DNA of 64,000 nt from Polyangiaceae bacterium (GTDB lineage: Bacteria; Myxococcota_A; Polyangia; Polyangiales; Polyangiaceae), in the NCBI GenBank assembly GCA_035063585.1, contig JAPSGB010000003.1, forward strand, positions 390,365 to 454,364, read 5' to 3'. The translations under genes and the position numbers were made by a program. The notes under the pieces were generated by a model that was not told where the DNA came from, made no database searches, and saw only the letters and a list, made by a program, of their open reading frames with translations. Below are positions 31,081-40,801 of the stretch, piece by piece (position 1 is the first letter of the stretch; the number at the start of each line of letters is the position of its first letter).

Positions 31081-32865
31081 TCACCTCGGGCAACGTTCGG
31101 GCGTTCTGTCGAGCGGCTCGAGGTAGAAGCGCGCCTCGTCGACGCGCACGCTGCCCGTGAACCCGGTGACGACGAGCCCGTGGCAGAGGGCGCTCCGCGC
31201 GATGCCCGCGCGATAGACCGCGCGCGAGCGCTCGGCGAGGACCTGCTCTCCGTCGGTGAGCCGCACGACCAGCCCGCCGCGGGTGAGATCGGCGACGCTC
31301 ACTGCGAGCAGCGGCGCGCCGCCGTCGGCCGGTGGGGTCATCGCCGGGCTCACGTCCGGCGCGCCGACGCTCACCTCGAGGTTCGGGTGTTTGGAGAAGA
31401 GGCTCGCGCCGTTGCTCTTCACGTCAGCCAAGCGGAGCGTGAGCCTGGTGTCCGGCGGCAGGAGCGCCTCGCAGTCCCCGCCGCAGTCGACGCCAGAAGG
31501 GCAGCACGCGCAGAGCGAGGTGCGGTCCGCGCAGTCTTGCGGGAGCCACGGGCTCGCGGCCTCCTCGCTGGCGTCGCCGGCTCCGCCTTGCTCGGCGTCG
31601 CTCGGCGCGGTCGCGAGCGGTGCGCCGCTGCGCTCGGTCGCTTCGGGCGTCGGGCGCGAGGCCCAGGCGCTCGGCGCTGAGGTCGGTGCGCCGCGCGCTC
31701 CTCCGCCGGAGCCGAGCAGCAGCCACGCCGAGCCGGCGGCCCCGCCGAGCGTGATCGCCGCGAGCGTGAGGGTCGCGACGAGCCCGCCGCGACTCCGGGG
31801 TGCGGGTGGCGCCGGGCTCGCGACCGGCGAGGGTGCGGAGCGTGGGGACGCCGTCATCGGCGTGCTCCGCCTGCTCTCGGCGGAGGCGGCCAGGGTCGGC
31901 GCGAACGAGGCCGCGGGCCCCGCGAGCGCCGTCGGTTGCTCCGCGAGGGTTCGATCGGCGCGCCCCGGAGCGCGGCTCACCGCGCCGGAGCGCGCCGCGA
32001 GCTCGAAGCGGGCGGCGAGCTCTTCGCCGCTCGGGAGGCGCCGCTCGGGTCGCATCGCCAAGCAGCTCCGGAAGAGGTCGTCCCAGCCCGCTCCGAGCTC
32101 CTCCGCGGGGAACTCGAGCTCTAGCTCGGCCAGCCGTCGATACTCCAGCCCGAAGTCGACCAGCGTGGCTCGCGCCGGCAGGCCGGTCGGGTGCGCCCCG
32201 TCGAGCAAGAGCTGCCAGGCGAGGACCCCGAACGCGAAGACGTCCGCGGTGGGCGATGAGGTGTGATGACCGAAGCGCGCCGGGTCGACGAGCTCGGGCG
32301 CGAGATAGGGGAGCGTGCCGACCACCCCGTGGAGCGCGGTGAGCGGATCCGGGTTGCCCTGCGCGGCGGCGATCCCGAAATCGACCAGCTTGACGGTGTC
32401 GGCGCGCTCCGGAGCGTCGAAGAACGTGGTCGCGACCATCACGTTGTCGAGCTTGATGTCGCGGTGGACGATCCCTCGACCATGCAGGTAGGCGAGCGCG
32501 CGCGCCACGTGTCCGAGCGCGATTACGCGGCGCTCCGGCGTGAGCCTCGGGTCGTTGGCGAGCCGCCGCAGCGAGTCGCCATCGACGAAGTCCATGCTGA
32601 GCCCGACGACGCCGAGCCGCAGATCCTCGAAGAGCCCGTAGCACTTCACGAGCGACGGGTGATCGAGGCTCGCGAGCGCGCGCGCCTCGCGTCGCATGCG
32701 CTCGACCTCGGCCGGCCGAGTGCGATCGAGCATCACCAGCTTGAGCGCTCGCGGCCGCTCGGGCTCGAGCGGGTCCTCGGCCTCCCAGACCGCTCCCTGC
32801 CCCCCTTCGCCCAGCATTCGCCGGAGGAGGTAGCGATCGACGCGCTCGCCGGGAAGGAGCTCCAC
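31081..32865 (-). CDS. Membrane Ser/Thr protein kinase
   Basis: GEGGQG, ALK, HRDIKLDN, DFG, YLAPE and DVFAFG; TM helix and Cys-rich extracellular part. Confidence 0.9.
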   Translation of the reverse strand: MELLPGERVDRYLLRRMLGEGGQGAVWEAEDPLEPERPRALKLVMLDRTRPAEVERMRREARALASLDHPSLVKCYGLFEDLRLGVVGLSMDFVDGDSLRRLANDPRLTPERRVIALGHVARALAYLHGRGIVHRDIKLDNVMVATTFFDAPERADTVKLVDFGIAAAQGNPDPLTALHGVVGTLPYLAPELVDPARFGHHTSSPTADVFAFGVLAWQLLLDGAHPTGLPARATLVDFGLEYRRLAELELEFPAEELGAGWDDLFRSCLAMRPERRLPSGEELAARFELAARSGAVSRAPGRADRTLAEQPTALAGPAASFAPTLAASAESRRSTPMTASPRSAPSPVASPAPPAPRSRGGLVATLTLAAITLGGAAGSAWLLLGSGGGARGAPTSAPSAWASRPTPEATERSGAPLATAPSDAEQGGAGDASEEAASPWLPQDCADRTSLCACCPSGVDCGGDCEALLPPDTRLTLRLADVKSNGASLFSKHPNLEVSVGAPDVSPAMTPPADGGAPLLAVSVADLTRGGLVVRLTDGEQVLAERSRAVYRAGIARSALCHGLVVTGFTGSVRVDEARFYLEPLDRTPERCPR

Positions 32866-32907
32866 CGGAGCGCTATAGCGTAGCTCGCGCCGAGGACCAA
32901 GCGGCGG

Positions 32908-34407
32908 TCAGCTCGCGCACGTCTGATGAACGAAGTGCGAGCGCTCGCGCACCGTCGTCCAGCGCCGGAAGGTGGCGTCGAGCACCGGGTCGTTCGCGCC
33001 GAGCTTCTCGAAGAGGTAGTCCTGAATGCCCTTGTGCACCGCGCAGAGGTGGCTCTCGCGCATGCGCCCGTGGATCGAGCCCTGGGTCGCGTAGCTATGC
33101 ACCGGGCACACACCGCAATAGGGCTGGTAGACGCAGTCGACGCAGTCGGGCTGCGCGTCGAGGTTCGAGGCGACCAAGAGCGCGCGCACCGTCTCGTGGG
33201 TCATGAGCTCGCGGTAGCTCGAGGTGCCGAGCTCGCCGATCTTGAAGGTGTCATCGCCCATCTGATGCATCATCCGGCCCTCGTCGCACGTGAAGATCGA
33301 GCCATCATGGTCATACGCCACCTGGCCGATCCCTGCGCCACACGGCGAGCGGATGTCGAGATAGTTGGGGTCGTCTCCCGTCAGGATCTTGGTGAGGAAG
33401 ATCGACGCGAACCGCTCGAGCACCTGCGTTCCTCGCGCATTCAGCTCGAGGATGTAGTCCACCGCCTCCCGGTAGAAGTCGAGATAGCGCTTGCGCTCGT
33501 ACTCGATCCGCGACGCGGTCATGCTGGCGAACCCAAACGGATCGACCGGGCGGAGGAAGATGGCGTGGCAGCCGAGCTCGACGTAGGTGTCGACGATCTC
33601 GCGCGGTCGCTCCAGGGCCGCCCGCGTGGTCGTGAGGAGCGCTTCCACGTGATAGAGGACGGGGTCGAGCCCGGCGGCTCGATAGCGGTCGTTGATGCGC
33701 TGGATCCAGACCGCCGCTGCTTGCCACGCGTTGCCCGAGGGCAGCACCCGCTGCTTGTTGTGAAGATCCTGCGGGCCGTCCACGCTGGTACAGATCTGCA
33801 CTCGGCGTGAGACGAGGTAGTCGAGCCGCTCGTCGGTCATCAGGCTCAGGTTGCTCACCAGGGTAAACTCGAGCTCCTTACCCACCGCCCGGTTCTTCTC
33901 GAGCGCGGTCTCGATGATGTGCTGGATGACCGGGAAGTTGGCGAGCGGTTCACCGCCCTGAAATTCGATGGTGATGCGCGGAGAGGTGCTCCTCAACGCC
34001 ATCTCCACGGTGCGCTCCGCGGTCTCCTTCGACATGTCGGTGTCGGTGCGGTCCATCGGCGCGCGGCTCGCGTGGCAGTAGACGCACGTCTCGTTGCACC
34101 GGAGCGTGACCACCATGACGTGGAGGTTGGGGCCGTAGCGGAGGAATCGCTTCTTCTCGCGGTGACGGCTCGCGAGCGTCGAAGGGTCGATGAGACCTGC
34201 GAGGAAGCGGCGCTCATGGAGCCGCCTGCCGAGCGCCGACCCGGGATCGACCGGGCCCGCCTGGAGCGCGCGGAGCTCGTCCTCGCTCACCATCACCCAG
34301 TCGCCAAAGGCGCTGGTGAGGAGGACCGACCCTCCGACGCGTCGGTACTTCAGCGGTACGAGGCCGCTCGACCGTGACCCCAGCTCGCCGCCCGCCATGA
34401 GGCTCAT
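32908..34407 (-). CDS. hxsB: His-Xaa-Ser system radical SAM/SPASM maturase HxsB-like
   Basis: LHVMVVTLRCNETCVYCHAS (CxxxCxxC), IEFQGGEPL, RSPCGAGIGQ..Y..DG..FTCDEGRM and CxxCxxxxYCGxCP. Confidence 0.8.
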   Translation of the reverse strand: MSLMAGGELGSRSSGLVPLKYRRVGGSVLLTSAFGDWVMVSEDELRALQAGPVDPGSALGRRLHERRFLAGLIDPSTLASRHREKKRFLRYGPNLHVMVVTLRCNETCVYCHASRAPMDRTDTDMSKETAERTVEMALRSTSPRITIEFQGGEPLANFPVIQHIIETALEKNRAVGKELEFTLVSNLSLMTDERLDYLVSRRVQICTSVDGPQDLHNKQRVLPSGNAWQAAAVWIQRINDRYRAAGLDPVLYHVEALLTTTRAALERPREIVDTYVELGCHAIFLRPVDPFGFASMTASRIEYERKRYLDFYREAVDYILELNARGTQVLERFASIFLTKILTGDDPNYLDIRSPCGAGIGQVAYDHDGSIFTCDEGRMMHQMGDDTFKIGELGTSSYRELMTHETVRALLVASNLDAQPDCVDCVYQPYCGVCPVHSYATQGSIHGRMRESHLCAVHKGIQDYLFEKLGANDPVLDATFRRWTTVRERSHFVHQTCAS

Positions 34408-34471
34408 GCCCCCCAGTGTATCCGGCCGCCGTCGTCTCCGCCCTGGCGCTCGGACGGCGACCTGAGTGAAA

Positions 34472-35086
34472 TCATCCCGCGCCGGGCGCGGCGTCGCTCC
34501 ACTCGAGCACCATCAGGCACTGGTCGTCGTCGGAGGCGCGACAGGCGGGCTCGGTCACGACGACCCGGTTCGATGGGCTGAGCTCGAAGATCCCCTCGAG
34601 CCACCCCACCACGCTCATGCAGTGCGCCCGGTGGGGGGCGGCGAAGTTCCTCAGCTCGATCTCGAGCTGTGACTCCCCGATGCGCCGCTGTATGAGCGAG
34701 CCCGAGTCGTAGTGCTTGTGCCAGAGCCCGCCCGCGATGCCCATGAAGGTCGGGATGTCCACCGTCTTCGAGAAGAGCGTCTGCCAGGCCCCCGCGTTCT
34801 GGCGGGCCGCGTAACGCCCCATCCGTGGGACGAGCTCGAGGTCCCCCGCGCCGAGCAGCCGATCGATGACGACGTTCATCTCGAGGAACAGCGCGAAATC
34901 CACGTAACCGGGCGGCGGGTTCGCGGCCATGACGAGCGCGCGGAGCGGGGGCGAGAGCGCGTCGCGGACGCGCGTGTGCGCGCTCGAACCAAATTCGTCG
35001 CGGACGAAGTCGTCGCGGACGCGGATCGCCGAGGGATCCACGCCGGCGACCTGCTTGACGGCCTTCCAGAGTCCAGAGCTTGCCAT
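34472..35086 (-). CDS. Myxobacterial TIGR02265/V4R-like hypothetical protein
   Basis: MGRYAA, LWHKHYDSG, HCMSVVGWLEG and C-terminal CRASDDDQC..LEW; SD GGAGG 9 nt upstream. Confidence 0.55.
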   Translation of the reverse strand: MASSGLWKAVKQVAGVDPSAIRVRDDFVRDEFGSSAHTRVRDALSPPLRALVMAANPPPGYVDFALFLEMNVVIDRLLGAGDLELVPRMGRYAARQNAGAWQTLFSKTVDIPTFMGIAGGLWHKHYDSGSLIQRRIGESQLEIELRNFAAPHRAHCMSVVGWLEGIFELSPSNRVVVTEPACRASDDDQCLMVLEWSDAAPGAG

Positions 35087-35370
35087 CGCTGTCATCCTCC
35101 GGCCGAGCGGCGGCCCGCGTCGCGCGCTCGGCTCGTATAAGACAAGGTCTTCGAGTACTTCCTCAGGGCGCATCGAGCGAGCGGCGCGTCGTCGCGCGCC
35201 CGGCTGGAGCTCCCGCCGGGCTCGCCGCCCGAGAGGGACCTCGGGCCCAAAGAGCGTGTCCTCTGCCGGGGCTGGATGCAAGCGCCGCGCGGCGGGCACG
35301 CGGGGTTCCGCGCCGCACCGGCAACCCTCTTCACGTGATGGTGGAGGCCGCGACGCGCCCTCCGGTGGGC

Positions 35371-37413
35371 TCAGCGGCAGGTGAGCCCGGTGCCCCAGAG
35401 CGCGTAGCCCGAGCCGTCCTTCACCAAGTAGACGACGAGCGCGTCTCCACCGCTCGCCCACACGCTGCCTTGCCCGGCGTCCAGGCCGCTCGGCGAGAGG
35501 TCGAGCGCCTCGCCGACTCCTTCCAGCGCGCGGTCGAGCAACTGGGCGCGGATCGAGCGCTTGCCGGCCGTGCCCTCCGTCCACTGGAGCAGCCAGCGCG
35601 AGCCGCTCATCGCCGCGGCTGACGGAGAGATGGTGTCGCCACCCGGACCGCCGCCCGGGAGCGGGAATGGCACCGACCGCTCGGGAGCCGCGCCGGCCGG
35701 CGCGCTCGCGAGCCTCACCGTCCAGGGCGCGTCCTCGGCGGAGCGCGCCGCGAAGCTGACCAGCGTCCCTGCGCCGTCGGCGGCGATGCTGGGCGTCCCG
35801 ACCTGCGCGCCCCCGGCGTCCACCCGGGTGAGCGCGCTCCGCTTCTGGCGCTCCGCGGTCAGCCAGCCGACGCGGATCACGCCCTCGCCGTCGCGCAGCG
35901 TCACCGCGTGCCCGACGCCGGCGACGCTCGCGACGCGCGGCACCGTGAGGCTCGCGTCGCCGAGCGCTGGCCAGACGACGTCGGGTTCGGAGTAGCCGAT
36001 GGCCGTTGCGAGTCCACCGCGGGCGCGCCCGATGATGAACGGAGGTGTTCCGTCCACGGTGCGCGGCGACTGCAGCGGCCCGCCGTCGCGATCGGCCGTG
36101 AAGGTCAGCAGACCGCCGGTGGTCAGCGGCACCACGCCGAGGAGCTCGCTCGGGCCCGAGCGGCTGAAGGCCGGCGTCACGGCGAGGGTCGCCGGATCGA
36201 CGGTGACGCCGACGGCGACCCCGGGCGCGCTCGCGTAGCCGAGCGCGACGGCGCGCGAGCCCGGCACGCTCGTGAGCGTGAGCGGCACCCTCGGCGCGAC
36301 GCGCGGCGCGAGCAGCTTGGCGGGCGCGCCGACCGAGCATGTGGAGAGCGCCGCGCCCGAGGCCGCCGCGCGCGGCGCCGCGGACGGGACGCGAGCCGAC
36401 GCGACCGGCAAAGGTGCGCTCGACGATGCCGCGCCAGACGAAGGCGCGCCGGCTCCGGCGCGCGTCGCGCTCGGGTCGGTCGCGCTCGCGACGGGCGAGG
36501 CTTCGTCTCCGTCGTGGCCACAGGAGCGTGACAGCCCGGCGAGCAGCAACAGGCCGAGCGAGGTCGCGAGCACGCCGACCACGAGCAGGCGGCGCTTCCG
36601 CTCCGCGCCCGCCCCCGCGCCCGAGAACGCGCGGAGCGACCGCGGCGACTCGGCGTCCTCCGGCGGTTCCAGTCGGTCGGGAGCCTCTGGGATGACCGCT
36701 GGCGGCTCGGGCGAGAGCTCTGGCGCGGCCTCGAGCGCGGCGGGCGACGGCGTGAGCGCGCTCGGCGCGGCCTCGGCCTCCTCGCTCCCCGAGCTCAGCG
36801 CGACGACCAGCGGCGCGGTCGCCGGCTCGGGCGGCTCGTCGCCCGCGTCGCCGAGCACCATCTCGACGTCGAGCTCCGGGAGCGGGGGCTCGGGCGCGGT
36901 GGGCGGCTTCGGTCGGACCGGCGGCGGGGGCGGGGTCGAACGCGGAGCGACCGGCGGCGGGGGCGAACGCGGCGGCGCTGGCGGGATGGTCGGTGGGCGC
37001 GGGGGCGGCTGCGGCATGGCCGACGCGCGCGCCGCGAGCTTCGGCAGGCGCGAGGTCATCGCGGTCGCGGGCGGGGTCGGGCTCGGCCGAGGAGCGAGCG
37101 GGGCGCGCGGCGCGCTCGCGCGCGCGAGCCGGTCGTAGGTTGCATACTTCGCGAGCGGCGGCTTCGGCGGCTCGATGAGCGAGGAGTCACGCTCGGGCTC
37201 CACGAGCGCTCGGCGCGCGAACACCGGGATCGCCTCGGCGAGCTCCGCGATCGTCGAGGCGTGGTGCCAGTCCGTCCAGCCTCGCCGCCAGACCAGCGTG
37301 CGCGCGGCGAGCCGCCCGCTCTTTAGTGATGCCTGGAGCTCGTCGCCGTCGGTGAGCTTCTGCTGGCCGGCCGGGTCCGACCACCACCAAGCGTCCTCTG
37401 TCGGAGCAGCCAC
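35371..37413 (-). CDS. GYF_2/DUF4339-domain membrane protein
   Basis: N-terminal WWW..G....EL......G......LVWRRGWTDW, Pro-rich linker, one TM helix and a beta-rich C-terminal domain. Confidence 0.7.
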   Translation of the reverse strand: MAAPTEDAWWWSDPAGQQKLTDGDELQASLKSGRLAARTLVWRRGWTDWHHASTIAELAEAIPVFARRALVEPERDSSLIEPPKPPLAKYATYDRLARASAPRAPLAPRPSPTPPATAMTSRLPKLAARASAMPQPPPRPPTIPPAPPRSPPPPVAPRSTPPPPPVRPKPPTAPEPPLPELDVEMVLGDAGDEPPEPATAPLVVALSSGSEEAEAAPSALTPSPAALEAAPELSPEPPAVIPEAPDRLEPPEDAESPRSLRAFSGAGAGAERKRRLLVVGVLATSLGLLLLAGLSRSCGHDGDEASPVASATDPSATRAGAGAPSSGAASSSAPLPVASARVPSAAPRAAASGAALSTCSVGAPAKLLAPRVAPRVPLTLTSVPGSRAVALGYASAPGVAVGVTVDPATLAVTPAFSRSGPSELLGVVPLTTGGLLTFTADRDGGPLQSPRTVDGTPPFIIGRARGGLATAIGYSEPDVVWPALGDASLTVPRVASVAGVGHAVTLRDGEGVIRVGWLTAERQKRSALTRVDAGGAQVGTPSIAADGAGTLVSFAARSAEDAPWTVRLASAPAGAAPERSVPFPLPGGGPGGDTISPSAAAMSGSRWLLQWTEGTAGKRSIRAQLLDRALEGVGEALDLSPSGLDAGQGSVWASGGDALVVYLVKDGSGYALWGTGLTCR

Positions 37414-37656
37414 TCTGGTCCTCCAGCGGCCGAGCCTAGATCGAGTCGCGCCCGAGAGGGGAACCCGCCGGACTTTCGGCCGAATCTCGGGTGTCCCGCG
37501 CCGCTCGACACCCGCCGCCGGGTGCCGGGTAGGGGGATGTCATCCATGTAGGTCCATCTCCTTCCATTCTGAGCGGCCCGCCGAGTCCGCTATTTCCATT
37601 CACGCTGCGCTCGGGCATGGACCTGGATGAGGTCATCGAACGACGGGGGACTCATC

Positions 37657-38172
37657 ATGGGCGAGAGCGAACGAGGGGAGCGAGGGACACTCACGCGAGA
37701 GCAGCGGCGCTCGCGACGCAAGCGAACGGTGCGCGCGCGCACCATCAGCGTGAAGCGCATGAGCCTTCGTGAGCTCGCGCTCGAGCGCGAGCTGAACCCG
37801 CTGGACGAGGCCGCCCGGCGACCCGCGACCCGCGCCGAGTGCGTCGATGGCCCGCGCCCCTGCCCGCACGTCTGGTGCCGCCACCACCTCTACTTGGACG
37901 TGTCCCCGCGGACCGGCGCCATCAAGCTGAACTTCCCCGATCTCGAGGTGTGGGAGATGGGCGACTCGTGCGCGCTCGACATCGCCGACCGTGGCGGCGT
38001 GACGCTCGAGGACGTCGGCGCGATCCTCAACGTGACGCGCGAGCGGATCCGCCAGCTCGAGGTCGCCGTGCTCTCCAGGCTCGGCGCGCTGCGCGACATG
38101 TGGAGTCTGCGGGAGCTCATCGACGACAGCCCGTGCGCGCTCGGTCCGCTGCTGCGCGAGCGCGCCTCCTGA
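37657..38172 (+). CDS. Small protein with Cys/His cluster and sigma70 region 4-like HTH
   Basis: [22 protein letters not shown] followed by [20 protein letters not shown]. Confidence 0.75.
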   Translation: MGESERGERGTLTREQRRSRRKRTVRARTISVKRMSLRELALERELNPLDEAARRPATRAECVDGPRPCPHVWCRHHLYLDVSPRTGAIKLNFPDLEVWEMGDSCALDIADRGGVTLEDVGAILNVTRERIRQLEVAVLSRLGALRDMWSLRELIDDSPCALGPLLRERAS

Positions 38173-38175
38173 GCG

Positions 38176-39396
38176 TCACCGTGGGGGCGGGAGGCGGCGC
38201 GGCGGGACCACGACGCGCCGGGGGGCCGCGGCGCCGCCGGTCCGCGGGATGCGATAGGTGTGCCCCGCGATGATCCGCGTTCCGCGGAGCTCGTTCGCTT
38301 CGCGGAGCGCGGCGACCGTGGTCTGGTACTTCCGCGCGAGCATGCCGAGCGTCTCGCCCCGCTTCGCGACGTGCGAGAGATAGGTGACCGGCGGGCGCAC
38401 GAGCCCTCGCGCCACGAGCGCGCGATACGCGCGGCGCCCGCCCTCACGCGCGAGCGGGCTGTAGAAGCGGACGTGCAGGTGGGTCGCGTGACCTCGCCAG
38501 TGGAAGATGAGCGGCCGCGTCTTCCCCGGCTCGCCGTGAAAGAGTGAGTCGAGCCACGCCCGGTCTTCACCGATGCGCTCGGCGTGCTCCTCGAGCAGGG
38601 TCCGGACCGAGTGATCCACGAGGATGAGCTCGACGTCCGAGCGGGTGACCAGCGCGCGAACGAGCGCCCAGGTCCGCGCGCGGTCGAGGTTGTCCGCGGT
38701 CGCGCGCGCGTACCACCGCGCGCCGTTCAAGTAGTAAAACCCGAGGTCCACGTCGCGCCCCGCCTGGTGGCTCACGTGCGGAGCGAGCGGACCGCCCCGC
38801 TTCGCGCTCACGTGTCCGATGGCGAGCGGCGGCGTGTTCGGGAACTCTCCATTTACCGCCTCGACAGCGGAGGTGATGGCCTCGATCGTCTCGCGAGTGC
38901 CCCAGGTGTCTCCTGGATCTTCGAGCTCCCAGAGCGGGCTCTCCGGAAGACGGACGCCGTTCACGAGCGCGCCCGCGTTCGGCGTGCCGATGCTCAGCGA
39001 GCCGAGCGAGCCCGGATCGTCGCGGAGGCGCCGCTCGAGCTCGGCGTCGCTGAGCCCCGCGAGCGGGCTCGCCGGCGTGGTGTCCTCGCCCGGCGCGACC
39101 GCCGACTCCGCGTCGTCGTCGTGATCCTCGAGCCCGCTGTCCAGCGATGGCGCGTCGGGGTCGTCGTAGAGCGAGCGGCGCTCGACGCGGGGAGGCGCCG
39201 CCGGCTCGGGCCGAGCGGCGGCGAGGGGCTGCCGGTCCGGCGCGGCCGGCGACCGGGGCTGCTGCCGGTCCGGCGCGGCCGGCGACCCGGGCGCCGGCGC
39301 GGCGCGGGGCGGGCTCGTCGCGCCGGCGCACGCGCTCGTGCCGGCGGCCGCGAGGAGCAGCACCGAGAGCAGGTGTTCGAGCGCGGTCGCGGCCAT
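38176..39396 (-). CDS. MepA-like (penicillin-insensitive) murein endopeptidase with LysM
   Basis: [24 protein letters not shown] and HATHLHVR; C-terminal Lys[19 protein letters not shown]. Confidence 0.85.
   Translation of the reverse strand: MAATALEHLLSVLLLAAAGTSACAGATSPPRAAPAPGSPAAPDRQQPRSPAAPDRQPLAAARPEPAAPPRVERRSLYDDPDAPSLDSGLEDHDDDAESAVAPGEDTTPASPLAGLSDAELERRLRDDPGSLGSLSIGTPNAGALVNGVRLPESPLWELEDPGDTWGTRETIEAITSAVEAVNGEFPNTPPLAIGHVSAKRGGPLAPHVSHQAGRDVDLGFYYLNGARWYARATADNLDRARTWALVRALVTRSDVELILVDHSVRTLLEEHAERIGEDRAWLDSLFHGEPGKTRPLIFHWRGHATHLHVRFYSPLAREGGRRAYRALVARGLVRPPVTYLSHVAKRGETLGMLARKYQTTVAALREANELRGTRIIAGHTYRIPRTGGAAAPRRVVVPPRRLPPPR
39228..39287. repeat. 27-bp exact duplication with 33-bp period inside the MepA linker
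   Basis: gctgccggtccggcgcggccggcgacc at 39228 and 39261, encoding SPAAPDRQ twice on the minus strand. Confidence 0.9.
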
Positions 39397-39467
39397 CGGT
39401 CGACGGGGTCCTCTGACAGCTCGCGTCGCTCGGCGCAAGCCGCGGGACCGCGCGCCCCGAGGAGTCT

Positions 39468-39483
39468 TGGAACGATGATTGCA
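39468..39483 (+). promoter_or_regulatory. Sigma54 -24/-12 promoter
   Basis: TGGAAC-GATGA-TTGCA with exact spacing. Confidence 0.7.
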
Positions 39484-39510
39484 TCATGGAGACGTAGAGG
39501 TCGGGTCACG

Positions 39511-39975
39511 ATGTTGTGCTCGGACGTGATGCGGATGGAGGTGGACGCGCTCCCGCCGGACGCGACGGCGGAGGAGGCCGCGCGAAAGATGCGGGAGGAG
39601 CTGGTCGGGTTCTTGGTCGTCTGCGGTCCGAACGCGCGCGTGCTCGGCGTGCTCACCGATCGCGACGTCGCGCTCAGGGTGTGCGCGGCGGGGCTCCCGT
39701 CGACGACGCCGGTGTCGGAGCTGATGACTCGAGAGATCGTGTCTTGTCGTCCCGAGGAGCCGCTCACGCGCGCCGAGGACCAGATGATCGCTCGGCAGAA
39801 GTCCCGAGTCGTCGTGATGGACGAGGACGGGACGCTCCACGGGGTGATCAGCCTCACCGACGTGGCGCACTTCGAGGAGCCGCTCCGCGCGGCGCGGGTG
39901 CTCCGCGAGATCACGGCGCGCGAGTTTCGCTCGGTTCCCCGCAGCCGCCGGAGCCTCCTGCCCGCGCCGCTCTGA
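39511..39975 (+). CDS. CBS-pair protein
   Basis: GVLTDRDVALR, VSELMTR and GVISLTD motifs. Confidence 0.9.
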   Translation: MLCSDVMRMEVDALPPDATAEEAARKMREELVGFLVVCGPNARVLGVLTDRDVALRVCAAGLPSTTPVSELMTREIVSCRPEEPLTRAEDQMIARQKSRVVVMDEDGTLHGVISLTDVAHFEEPLRAARVLREITAREFRSVPRSRRSLLPAPL

Positions 39976-40158
39976 GCACCCGTGATAATTGCGCCGGTCG
40001 CCGCGCTCGCGGCAAGCCTTGCGTGGTCGCGGAGCGGCCGGGCGGCAGGGCGCCGGCGCGCGGCCGGCATGTGGCTCGCATCGAGCTCGCCATGAAGAGA
40101 CGCCGCGCTGGGCTGACGAGGGCCGGCGAGCGCGCTCGCCGCGCCGGCGACGAGACGC

Positions 40159-40614
40159 TCAGCGCCTCGTCGTGAGCGTGCGACCGAGAGGCTCGACGGC
40201 TTCGGCCTTTCGCATCACTCCGCTGGTCGGCGGTGAGATGAGGCTGCTCACTGCGATGAGCTCGTCGAGCCAGCTCGGCGTGTTCTTGCGGACCACGAAG
40301 CTTGCCCCGCTCGCGAGCGCGCCGTCCACGTCCGCGAGATCGTCGTCCTCGATGAGCAAGACGCAAGGCAAGCTCGCGCCCGCGCGGATCACCGCTTCGA
40401 TCACCTCGGTTCCGCGCCGACCCGGCAAGCCCTCATCGGCGAGCAGCCAGCGGTAACCCTGCGCGAGCAGTCGATCGAACGCTTGCTCCGCGCTCGACAC
40501 GACGTGAGCCTCGAAGCCGAGCGCGCCGAGCGCGCTCGCGACCGCGTCCGCCGTCCCGTGCTCGCTCGCGACCACGAGCACGCGGTTCGTGTCATCCCCC
40601 TCGCTCATTACCAT
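40159..40614 (-). CDS. Atypical stand-alone receiver domain protein
   Basis: RVLVV, LLADEGLPG..G.EV and GA..VVRK follow the REC pattern; the acidic pocket is degenerate. Confidence 0.65.
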   Translation of the reverse strand: MVMSEGDDTNRVLVVASEHGTADAVASALGALGFEAHVVSSAEQAFDRLLAQGYRWLLADEGLPGRRGTEVIEAVIRAGASLPCVLLIEDDDLADVDGALASGASFVVRKNTPSWLDELIAVSSLISPPTSGVMRKAEAVEPLGRTLTTRR

Positions 40615-40734
40615 CACTCGACCCCCCTAGCTCGCAGAGCATAGCTCATCCTCCGCCGGACTTGACTGAAGGTTCGAGCGACGGGAGATATTCCGACGCG
40701 AGCGCGGCGCCCGGCCGAATCGCGGTTTTCGCCT

Positions 40735-40750
40735 TGGAATGACTGTTGCA
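40735..40750 (+). promoter_or_regulatory. Sigma54 -24/-12 promoter
   Basis: TGGAAT-GACTG-TTGCA with exact spacing. Confidence 0.65.
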
Positions 40751-40801
40751 GACGGGGCAGACGAGGGCGCCCGCGACGGGACCCGAGGAGCAGGAGCAGT
40801 A

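Noticed and set aside
35339..35348. GCCTCCACCA on the minus strand resembling a tmRNA/tRNA 3' end or att site
   Set aside because: Only 10 nt, with no T-arm GTTCGA and no integrase; it is explained by a GGAGG/CCTCC hairpin after the upstream stop.
35100..35370. 270-nt intergenic region as ncRNA or an 80-aa HxsA-like precursor
   Set aside because: The ORF has no His-Xaa-Ser repeats, pairing potential is expected at this GC content, and I recognised no RNA family motif.
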